A DNA stretch of 64,000 bases from Octopus vulgaris (Eukaryota), in the NCBI GenBank assembly GCA_951406725.2, contig OX597820.1, positions 68,820,001-68,884,000 of the forward strand, read 5' to 3'. Below the pieces are notes generated by a model that worked only from the letters and a program-made list of their open reading frames with translations, searched no databases and had not been told where the DNA came from. The translations under genes and the position numbers were made by a program. Of the stretch, positions 53,833 to 64,000 are shown one piece after another (within the stretch, counting starts at the first letter, position 1; the number at the start of each line of letters is the position of its first letter).

Positions 53833-55200
53833 ATTTTTCCTTCTTCAAATTTTCTTCCGTTTCTCGCCGAGTGTTTTCCGTACACCTAGGGCAGAGAAGC
53901 TCATTGTCTGCATTCCCAGATCACACACGCAAATTCACAGGTAAAATATGTATTTAAAAAATTAATAAATAAATAAATTCATGAACGGATGTTGTTGTCA
54001 CTGCGATAATGCGCTTCTCAGTACATTAGCAATTCCAGTTAACACGATTGTTTGCCCTTCCTGTAGGAATGGTAAGCCTGCTATCATTTTCAAATAGGTT
54101 TCAGTACCTTTTTTTATCATTCCTAGAGATCCTACAATCACTGGTACTGTAGTCGCCTTGAGATGCCACATTTTTCAATTTCTAATAGCAAGTCTTTATA
54201 TTTACTAATCTTGTCAAATTCTTTCGCCGCTATGTTGTGATCGCAAGGAATATTCATGTCAATTAATAAACACATCCTTTTTGTCTGATCTTTTATGATA
54301 ATATCCCATTTATTAACTTTTATAGTTTTGTCGGTATGTACGGGGAAGTCCCATAGAACCGACACATTTTCTCCCTCAGTCACAGTTTCAGGACGGTGCT
54401 TATACCATTTGTCAGCGGATTTGATTTTATAATACCGACATATTGTCCAGTGTAAATACTGGCCAACTCTGTCATGCTTTGCTTTATATTCTGCAGGTGC
54501 TAAGACTCTACACCCTGAGATTAGGTGGTCTATTGTTTCAATCTCATCGTTACAGAATCGGCATTTGGGGTCAGCTCCATTTTTTATCACATTGGTTTGG
54601 TAGTTCCGGGTTAATAGGCATTGGTCTTGAGCAGCTAATATGAAACCTTCACTCTCCGCGTTTAGACCTGAGCTTTGTAACCATTGGTGCGTGTGTTTCT
54701 GGTCGACATCAGCTTGTTTGCTACGGCCACATACTTGCCATGCAGAGGTTTCTGTTCCCATCTGCTAGCTAATTTTTCATGCGCTTTTGTCTTTACAATC
54801 AATTTTATTTTCTTTGCAGCAGCAGTTGACACATTTCCTACAGCCTGATCAATTTCGTAGGTATCTAAGTGATCAGTAGCGAATTTTTTGCTCTCTTTCA
54901 GAATAGAGCGAAGTTTTTTCAGTCTTTCATGTTTTTCAACAAGTTTTAGCATCTAATCGTTGGTTGCTTCAAGGTATTTGGCCAGTCCGATTGTGGTGGT
55001 TTTGTACGTAAGTTCAAGCTAGATCAAACCTCGTCCTCCTTGAGCTCTGGGAAGGTAAAGACGATCCACGTTCGCCTTTGGATGGTGCATCTTATTACAA
55101 GTCAGTAGCTTGCGGATTTTTTGTCAATTTTCATTATTTCACTGGTATTCCAGTTAAGCACATTCAAGCTATAAAGAACAACTGGTACTGCTAAGGAATT
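53833..55200 (-). mobile_element. 5'-truncated R4/Dong-clade non-LTR retrotransposon (thumb, CCHC knuckle, restriction-like endonuclease, 3' UTR), pseudogenised
   Basis: Minus translation: HPKANVDRLYLPRAQGGRGL; ESEGFILAAQDQ; CRFC...ETIDHLISGC; KHDRVGQYLHW; LWDFPVHTD...NKWDIII...CLLIDMNIP...KISKYKDL; PVIVGSLG; stop near 53998. Frameshifts and stops present; (TAA)n at both ends. Confidence 0.9.
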
Positions 55201-55203
55201 ATC

Positions 55204-55265
<62 letters not shown>

Positions 55266-55267
<2 letters not shown>

Positions 55268-55395
55268 GTTTGACTTTTGTCTGTACAAGTTGGCTCCAGG
55301 TCTCACCCAGAGACCTCAAGAGACAACAGGTTGGAAGTTCTGTGCCATATATTTGGGGGGGGGGGTTGTGTTGTACTAGTGAATGTCTAATACAT
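55266..55395 (-). mobile_element. R4/Dong-like 3' UTR fragment with (TAA)n tail
   Basis: Inverted homolog of 46642-46780 (atgtttgacttttg...tgtacaagttggctcc..gtctcacccagaga). Confidence 0.65.
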
Positions 55396-55434
55396 AAAAA
55401 TTAAAAGTAAATAAATAAATTAAAAAAAATATTA

Positions 55435-55517
<83 letters not shown>

Positions 55518-55551
55518 TATTATTATTATTATTATCATTATTATTATTATT

Positions 55552-55887
55552 ATGATTGAGTGAGTGCTATTAAAGTGACACTGGGGTAAAATATACGAAG
55601 CCCAGTATACTCATCATGGCTACTCGTTTGATAAGGGTACACTAGGCACATGCATCACAACCATATGTCCGCGACATGGTGATCTCATACCAAGATAAAC
55701 AGCACATGTCCTTGCAGATGTGGCCCAGTTAGAATTTTTTTCTGGTCGAGTAGCTCATCGAGATGTACATATCGTCAGCCACTAAAGGACATGCCCAACT
55801 GGTTATGGTCAAACAGCTGACAAGCAAATTCGTGGTATTGAGCAGAATATTTGCTGTAGCCCATCTATTATACCAAGACAAAACAAC
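55552..55887 (-). mobile_element. family D element with internal deletion, embedded in (TTA)n
   Basis: Aligns with the reverse complement of 46070-46559 but lacks the middle segment; (TTA)n on both sides. Confidence 0.75.
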
Positions 55888-55946
<59 letters not shown>

Positions 55947-55982
55947 CATCATTATTATTATCATTATTATTATTATTGTTGC

Positions 55983-56048
<66 letters not shown>

Positions 56049-56053
56049 CATCA

Positions 56054-56114
<61 letters not shown>

Positions 56115-56136
56115 TATTATTATTATTATTATTATT

Positions 56137-56510
56137 ATTACCTCCACCTTAGCGAAGGCGCTGGGATTGTTTTTCAGTCGTGTTTGTTTATTGGTTTGTC
56201 CGTGCCGTGGACAAGATATCTCAAGGCCCGCTAAATGGATCACGATGAAACTTTCAGGGATGTTTGGCCTCGTCACAGGCATGAATTGATAAAATTTTGG
56301 GATTGATTCAGTACCGGACAAGGATTCTGGATTATTTTACCTGTTATTTTTTTTACTTAATTTTTGAAAGTGGACGGGTTCCTTTTTAGTATTCTCGTTT
56401 GTGAAAGCAGTAGAGTATAATTCAGATTTTAAAAAATCATCTCTGGTCAATCGTTGAGAGGACGTTGGTGTTGCCTTGGCGGAGGTTTGTGTTTTCTGAG
56501 TGCTGTTGTT
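56137..56510 (+). mobile_element. DINE-1/Helentron-like non-autonomous element
   Basis: 5' ttACCTCCACC with nearby partner aaggcg, then a (GTTT/GTCC) tract, 3' subterminal GGCGGAGGT at 56478-56486 and a short decayed hairpin ending gagtgc. This is the HINE/DINE-1 layout. Confidence 0.7.
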
Positions 56511-57493
56511 AACTATATTTTCACGAAACAGATATGTTTCAAAGGACAATTGTCAGTGTTCATACAATTAATACCATATATAATACAATTAGTATGCCAC
56601 TTGCGATGTGTGATCGTGTTATGCAAGTATAACCCTGCTTAAATTTCCAAAGAACGTTTAGAATATTAGGAGCAAGTTGTTCAGTTATTACTTTAAGCTT
56701 CGTTATTAGGATTACTAGAAATTACGTTGCTACTATACTAACTGTTTAATACCCCACCCCTGAAGGGGTTCATTTTTGCTATATAAATCTGTTTGGCTAA
56801 GTCTGAGAATGTGGGTACACTATTCCCATTATTTTGAGTAAGGAAGTGTCGGGCTACTAATATCATTGTTCTGTTGAGTTTACTAATATTTGATGCTGCT
56901 ACAAGAATAGCAACATTGAAGTGGCAGAATAGGAGACTTTTACAGGGTATGTTTTTTAAATTTGGTCGTAAGTTAAGGAGTAATTTTTTTTTAAAGTATT
57001 AATATCTACAACCTTTTTGTTTTTACCTGTGCGGGAAATAGTAAATTGTACGAGGTAAATCTCTTCTGCAAGTCTTTATTAGCAGAAGAAAAAAAATGAC
57101 GTTCCCTAAATATGGAAATTTCTTGATTTTGTTTTCCTTATGTATAAATTGTTTTCCTTATATATAGCGTGTTATGGCGGGGAACTAATATACTGCATTT
57201 TATGTCATTCAAATCCTGTACATAACATTGTATATTCACGTTGTTATTTCCAAGACCGTTAGTGGTACCTCTACCTCCAGCATCAGTGATGCAATCATGG
57301 ATAATTTTTTTATCAGAAGTTCATATTGAAGTATCTTTTTTATACTTATGATTATGAACTTCTTTTCCACTGACGCTTAATTACTAAGTGTACATTTTAG
57401 GGACGTTCTAACATGTTCAGATGATTAGGTTAGCTCCAAGTTTCAAATCTTTTCGAGTTACTAGTTATTACAATACTATTATTCAAATAGGTA

Positions 57494-57716
57494 CAGGGTA
57501 GCTGGTTGGTTAATAAATTCGCTTTGCAACCACGAGGTTTCGAGTCCTATTTCGCTGCGTAGTTTTGTCTTGTAACGCACTTTGTCTAGTTCATTGTGCC
57601 TAATTATTATGTTAATGGTATACATGTTGCCGAAAGCTCAGCCAATTGCACGTAAATTCAGGCGTGTTTAATTCAGTTGAAAGGACAAATGAATCCTCAT
57701 CATCGAACCACAGCCA
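57494..57716 (+). mobile_element. decayed tRNA-head SINE (family C-like tail)
   Basis: Head ggttggttaataaattcgctttgcaaccacgaggtttcgagt; tail gctcagccaattgcacgtaaattca...gaatcctcatcatcg. Confidence 0.5.
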
Positions 57717-58965
57717 TTTAGATATGGTAAAGTGTTGTTATTAACAGTATCGTTGATAATATTTATGTTCACGGTCCTATCCTTAGCGATAATGAATAAT
57801 CTTCTTACCAGAATATCCTTAGCGATACCGCAGTAGTATTTTCAGTAGTGAGTGAACACTTCAATCTAATGTTGGATTTTTTTGCACGCCTTGCAATAAT
57901 AAACTGCGTTATTTTTCAAAACTTTTATTTGTCGAAACGTTATATGTCCTAATACTTATTATTTTAAAAATTAGTACGGTAATATTGGAATAAGGGTGGT
58001 TAGATAAGCTGTGGATATAATGCAAACTCTCTTTCGGTTCGTGAAACGGGTATATAATATTTCTTTCAATAGAAACAGAAACAAATAATTAGAGAGTTTT
58101 GGAGAAATTATTTGCAGATGTTAACAGAATTTTCCCGGTATAAATTAATCATTAATGCATCGCCATCTACGATATCAGTAACTTAAGCTAAACCAAAGAG
58201 CCTATAGCAAACTCATATATCTTCAAACTGGATTCCATGTCCAATAATCAACTTAGAGAAGAGAACTAAAAGGTTCCTAGCTGCAATAATATTATCAATT
58301 TCCTCTTTAGTAATATTATAAATTCTTGTAGTGAATGTAAGAGCGTTGCTCAAAAATAAAGTGAGACATGTAAATTGTGAATTTCAGAACTGAAGCTGTA
58401 GGGAGGAGGTTTCGGTTCTTTATAACTTCGAAGTTCTACTGGGTTATTTCGCACGTATTATTCCACGGAGTCAAATACATACTGCATTTGATTTTAGGTA
58501 ATATACGATCAATAAATATTTAATCATTCGAAATTGGTTACATTTTGATGGGTTGATAAGTCGAATCGTGAGTTTTTGTCAATAAAAGATCGGTTTATGT
58601 CCCTTGTAAATTAAGGTCGTATATCAAAAACTTTATATAATCCAATGTGTGCCACTGGACTCTGTTCTTTTAAGCTAAATTCTGTTGAACTCCCTTGATG
58701 TAAGATTATCATATGTATACTTGTCGCGAATATATCCCGACGAATACAGTCATGTATATTCTTATGTCACTAGACATGTAGAATTAGGTGTTCAATACCT
58801 TGTATTGAGTTCTAATGTAAAGGCTTACTTCTCACCTTCCATGCATAAACAGTACACACTACCGCAATAGATGAAAACATACGTGTATATATATATATAT
58901 ATATATTGATAAAAAAGGTAAGGCAACAAAAGAAAGAAAGATACTTCGATGTTATGGAAACAGAG

Positions 58966-59073
58966 GAATTTATCTGTAAATGTAATATGTGACAATTATT
59001 CGGTAGCCATGATAAATCTCGGAGTTTTATCATGACTACCGAATAATTGTCACATATTACATTTACAGATAAA

Positions 59074-59076
<3 letters not shown>
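58966..59076. repeat. near-perfect 111-bp palindrome
   Basis: gaatttatctgtaaatgtaatatgtgacaattattcggtag.catgataaa / tttatcatg.ctaccgaataattgtcacatattacatttacagataaattc, centred on tctcggagt; between (TA)n tracts. Confidence 0.95.
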
Positions 59077-59126
<50 letters not shown>

Positions 59127-59294
59127 ACAAATATGGTTTAAACAGTAAGTTTGGCAGGAAAGAAACGTGCCTTTAAGCAGTACAAAAACAACAAAAAATG
59201 GAAGGTGCAGTTATGTACAGGTTGACGGAAGAAAAGCAAGACAAAAACGGCTTTATCGATCGCATTCTCACTTGGAATCGGCTTTTGTAATTTT

Positions 59295-59418
59295 TCCAAG
59301 ACTTATACACGCCCTGATACCTTCGGTATCTATATATCAAATTTGAGCGCAATCGGATGGAGGATACCCGAGATCAGAGAATTCACAAACATAGACAGAC
59401 ATACAGAACGGATTTTAG
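59295..59418 (+). mobile_element. Helitron-like non-autonomous element 3' fragment
   Basis: tatcaaatttgagcgcaatcggatg...cacaaacatagacagacatacag...gatttt has the (ACAG)n-bearing end layout of such elements; class is inferred. Confidence 0.4.
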
Positions 59419-59426
59419 GTAAGCGA

Positions 59427-60479
59427 TTAGGTCGTCCAGTTTGAAATTTGAAGAAAAGAAAAAAGTTTGCTAATGTTTTATACATACAAAGAATAGCTTT
59501 ATTCATCAAAGTATACACCCATATTTTCAATGCACTTTTGTCATTTCAGCGGTAGCTTATCCAGCCCGGAACTGTAAAAGCCTGGCAATTTAGAGTCAAT
59601 AAAATCTTGGAAGGCCTGTTTTATAGCATCGTCGGCATTAATTTTTTTCCTATCAAAAATTTATCCAGATTCTGGAATAAGTGGTAGACAGTTGGGACAA
59701 GATCAGGTGAGTATGGTGGATGATGGAGAACTCCCAACTCCAAATATTGTAGTTTCGCCAATGCCATTTTTGCGATGTGTGGTCTAGCATTGTCTTGCAA
59801 TAAAATAGGAATGGATCTGCTGTCTAATCTAGGCCTTTTTTTTTTGTAAGTTTCTGCATTAGTTGGCTGCAATATACTTCGGCTATGATTGATAAGCCAG
59901 GTTTAATGAAATCATAATGGATCACACGTGCGCCAGACCACCAAACACACACACCATCAGATTCTTTTAATGAATTTTGCTTTTTGGACTGTGCTTTGGT
60001 GGCTCGTCTGTGTCCAACCATTGTGCTGAACATTTACGGTTGTAGTATTGGTCCATTTCTCATCACATGTTACAATTCGATTAAAAAATGATTCATTTTG
60101 GGGACGAGAAAGTAGGATAATGTAGGCTTCCAAACGTGGCTGTTTCTGATTTTCATTGAATTCATGGAGAACCCATTTATCCCAATTTTTCACTTTACCG
60201 ATTATCCAGCCCGGAACTGTAAAAGCCTGGCAATTTAGAGTCAATAAAATCTTGGAAGGCCTGTTTTACAGTATCGTCGGCATTAATTTTTTTCCTATCA
60301 AAAATTTATCCAGATTCTGGAATAAGTGGTAGACAGTTGGGACAAGGTGAGTCAAAAGTGTTTGCTTGCTAACACCAAACGACAGCGATAATTCACGGGC
60401 ATTTTGAAATGGATCTGATTCGACGGTGGTTTTCAGTTCATCATTTTCCACCTTTGTTTTTAGTCGACCGCTCCGCTCA
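59427..60479 (-). mobile_element. mariner (DD34D-type) transposase pseudogene, 5'-truncated, one TIR-like end
   Basis: Minus-strand motifs KWVLHEF (WVPHEL-like), RIVTCDEKW, LLQDNARPH, HPPYSPDLVPTVYHLF; stop near 59499; TIR-like ttaggtcgtccagtttgaaa at 59427; frameshifts. Confidence 0.92.
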
Positions 60480-60493
60480 TATACATACATGTA

Positions 60494-60631
60494 TATCGAC
60501 TAGCCCCCTCCCTCAACATTTCGGACCTTGTGCCTAGAGTAGAAAATAATGGTAGAATCGTTAGCACCACGAACAAAATGCTTAGTAGCGTCTCGATCGT
60601 CTTTACGTTCTGAGTTCAAATTCCGCCGAGA
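60494..60631 (+). mobile_element. SINE family A tail and head fragments
   Basis: atcgactagccccctcc...ccttgtgcctagagtagaa, then ggtagaatcgttagcac...ttacgttctgagttcaaattccgccgag. Confidence 0.75.
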
Positions 60632-61630
60632 TCCTCAATGACTTCATTGCCTTCGGGTTCACGAGCGCATATCTCAAATATAACACATATGCATTGTTAC
60701 CACTTTGATAAATTATCATATGGAGAAGTAAATACATCTATTTTAATAACACGGTATGAATATTTGTATAGCTTTTGTCACATCATTCATACTTCATGGC
60801 AACCATGACAAACTTAATGGCAGCCATGACAAACTTCATAATATCTTTTCATGAAATACCTCTACGGCTAAAGTTTGTACGATTGAAGAATTGCAAGAAC
60901 TATTCAATTTGTTAGTCATAAACATGTAAACAACATCAGATGTTCCATGTCAAGTTCTTTTATCTAACTTTATAGAGTATGAAGAATGTTAAACTCTTAT
61001 CCTACATTGATCATCTTCTCTCTCTAGAAATGGAATATTCTTCGTTTTCATAAGATTTTTCAAGAGTTATTTGGATATATGGTGCAGCATTAATTGGCCA
61101 GTTTTGGCAGCTGTCGCAAATTATTACAAAACTAATAAGTACTAGAAGCCCTTGAAAGATTTCACACATGCCAACAACAATAGCTTTCAGTTAATTAATC
61201 GTCATATCCAGAAAGTGTTTTATTGGAAAATACATAATCCTTTCAAAGAATATCAGATTTGTTATATTATAACAAGTCTTATGGTGAACTGTTGTCGTTA
61301 CTCTGGTTGCAATAGTTTTAATTAATTTTTTTCATTCTTATTCAATAGAAATGGGGAAATAATTGTTGTCCGTTAGTCCTTAGTCTAAATTATTAACTTC
61401 AAATTCTAAAATATTAACATAACCTGATAAAAACAGGTAAATAATAAACCATGTGTGCTGCTACTAACACAATGATTTGTGTGTATTTGTGTGTGTGTGT
61501 ATTTGTGAGAGTATGTTTGTGTGTTCACGCGTGTATGTGTGTGGTGTGTTTGTGTCTGTCTGTGTGTAAGTGAATGGTCTAAAAATGTTTTCCAATTAAA
61601 CAGTTTTCAGTTAAAACGTTGCTTATTTGC

Positions 61631-61693
<63 letters not shown>

Positions 61694-63141
61694 CATAGTC
61701 TAATAACTGAAACAAGTAAAAGATATATATGTATGTAACCATACATTCATGCACACAAAGTACTCTCACCTGTACATAAGTATATATATGCAAACAATCG
61801 CAAACACATACGCAGACAAACAGACAAGCAAACACTCACACACGCATACACACACACACATCCCGATACTAGTTTCACACTCGAAATTTACTTTTGCAAA
61901 GATAAAACGCTTTTTTTTTCAATTCTAATCTAGTCTACTTTTCAGTACGATGCTACACACACTAGTTTCCATATTTTATTTTCTCATCGTTATGTACCTT
62001 CGTGTCGTCACCTGGCAAAACACAAACATAACATTGTAACAGCAATGATTCACTTTAATCAGAAACATCATTTAATGCTATTTACATGGTTTTTAATTGC
62101 AAGTGATATAGCGGTGGAACTCCACTTGATGTAATCCGTGCAGCACGGTCCACCTGTAGCTCTCTCTCTTCTAAGCAACGATATATTTGCCTAGTGCAAC
62201 AGTCCAATGTTATGTTGTCTCAACCGGCAATATATATATATATATTATATTAATAAATAAAACATATGCATATATATATACATATATACATACCTCTACA
62301 TGTATATATACACGCATATATGAGTACAGGACATCTCAGCCCTCATTCTTTGATTTCCTTTTCTTCTACTTAACTGTTTCTCCCTCTCTCTCACTCTTCA
62401 CTCTCTCTCATTCTTCATGGTTTCCTCACAACCATTCCCCTTTCTTCTTTCCCTTTCTCTTGCTCCTCCTCCTCCTCCCTCCCGTCGTGACCCGCGACGA
62501 GAGCTCCGCTACTGTCTTTCTAGCCTGACCTTCTTGAGGTGTGGACGGCAATTTTCTTAGCTCCGTTCGCCGTTCACAGAAATTAGCGTTCGTAATACTT
62601 TTTTTCGTTCGGCGTTAACAGCTCTTCTTGTCTTATTATTTTCCTTGTCCTGTCTTTTACTGCTTATATTTTGTACTGTCGTTACTGTCCTGGTTTTGTT
62701 ACCATTTTACCTCTCTGCAAAAAGATCTCAAATTTTATTTGATTTGCTTTTCGCAGGAAGGAAAGTTTCTTATCGAAGATACGTCTCGCCTTCACCTTCG
62801 AAACGTAGAGTAGATGAAACCATGGCGACTGAAGAAGATGAAGTTAGCCGGGTCACGAAAGATTTGCACTTCGTTTGTGTTTATCACTGACACTGCATTG
62901 ATACGGTTATTAACACTGCGGCTATTTTTGTGCATGTGAAATGGAATTTGTTTAGACAGAAAATGATAGTATTGCAAAAATATTCTGCTGTGTGGCAAAT
63001 GTGTCTGTGTGTTTGTTGGCAAATGTAGCCGAACGAGTCAATAAACCAACAAAAATTCTCCGGCTGTGGTTGGTTCAATCCTAAAAACTAAGACACACAC
63101 ACACACGCGTATACACACACATACATATGCACACATTCACT

Positions 63142-63191
<50 letters not shown>

Positions 63192-63585
63192 TGGATGTGT
63201 AAAAGCAGTGCATTAGTTGCCTGACAGAAAATCCTGTAATTTGTTCTCAAGAAATAGAAACGTGAAAAATTCTCAACACACTGATTGGTGTATTTTTCAT
63301 TCATATATATTTATTGTCTGTTGATAGCACGCAGTCCAAATTAATTATTAGCAATTTGAACGATTGTTTAAATTCACAAGTCCAACACTCCTAACAAGCC
63401 TTCACCAATTTGTGGATTAAACTACGAACTCAAAAATTTAGTCGTTTATTTAGTGGGTTATATTGAGGACGATCTTGACATGTTATTCCACCTTTAGAGT
63501 TCATGAATACATTCCTTTATTTCAATAACATTTTTGGCTTTGTTAAACGAAGTTAAGGCAAAAAAACTTCTTAATTAATTTATAC

Positions 63586-63720
63586 AGGCTTCTTTCAGTT
63601 ATTGTCTACCAAAATCCATTTTTGGTTTTTCTCCTTCCAGGGTTTTAGAAGTCACTTCCCCAAGGACTGAACCCAAAACCACGTGATTGAGAAACAAACT
63701 TCTTACCACACAGCCACAGC
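63586..63720 (-). mobile_element. SINE family B partial
   Basis: ggcttctttcagtt..tgtctaccaaa...ggactgaaccc...cttcttaccacacagccac. Confidence 0.75.
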
Positions 63721-63739
63721 TGCATCTATATATACATAT

Positions 63740-64000
63740 ATAAGGGTTGGACAAAATAATGGAAACAACTAGCATCATAGCATCATAATTTTGAAATATC
63801 TATAAAACCACCGACAGCTTGTTTATTTTTAGGTTTTTTTTGTTTTATTATAAGTGTTGCTTAATATGTTTTGCTAAAATTGCTGTTTCTTCTCAGATAT
63901 CATCAGAAAAAATTAAAATTCTTTAAAATGACACATCTATCGGACTTTCAAAGAGGTCAAATTGTTGGTGCGCGTGTGACAGGCGCTAGCGTAACGAAAA
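63740..64000 (+). mobile_element. Tc1-like transposon left end and transposase start, running off the window
   Basis: TIR-like agggttggacaaaataatggaaaca after a TA tract; ATG at 63928 gives MTHLSDFQRGQIVGARVTGASVTK, the typical Tc1 N-terminal helix-turn-helix start. Confidence 0.85.

Overview
AT-rich, extremely microsatellite-dense eukaryotic (animal) DNA. The SINE and LINE repertoire looks like that of an Octopus (coleoid cephalopod) genome; this is recognition by eye, not a database result. I found no protein-coding host gene I can support: nearly all ORFs in the track are translations of (TA)n, (CA)n, (GATA)n, (TACA)n or trinucleotide repeats, so the window reads as intergenic DNA or a very large intron, with a few weak exon candidates. 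Supported content: three tRNA-head SINE families in many copies; a 5'-truncated R4/Dong-type non-LTR retrotransposon with a CCHC knuckle and restriction-like endonuclease, sitting in (TAA)n tracts together with TAA-flanked satellite elements; a Tx1/L1-like 3' end inside (GATA)n; two mariner relics (one a complete TIR-bounded deletion derivative, one with a 145-bp templated internal duplication); the start of a Tc1 element at the right edge; and Helentron/Helitron-like non-autonomous elements. The most notable signal is more than ten short, mostly (TA)n-flanked repeats of several unrelated sequence families that each carry a type I hammerhead-ribozyme (HHR) layout (stem I-CUGANGA-stem II-GAAA-short or palindromic stem III-UH-stem I'). 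One at 24932-24990 (minus strand) has an intact core with a GUC triplet and lies between 21-bp direct repeats 351 bp apart. Some fold-back inversions break at or near HHR stem III. This suggests a population of Penelope-like or retrozyme-like ribozyme-bearing elements. All folds were made by hand and are untested.
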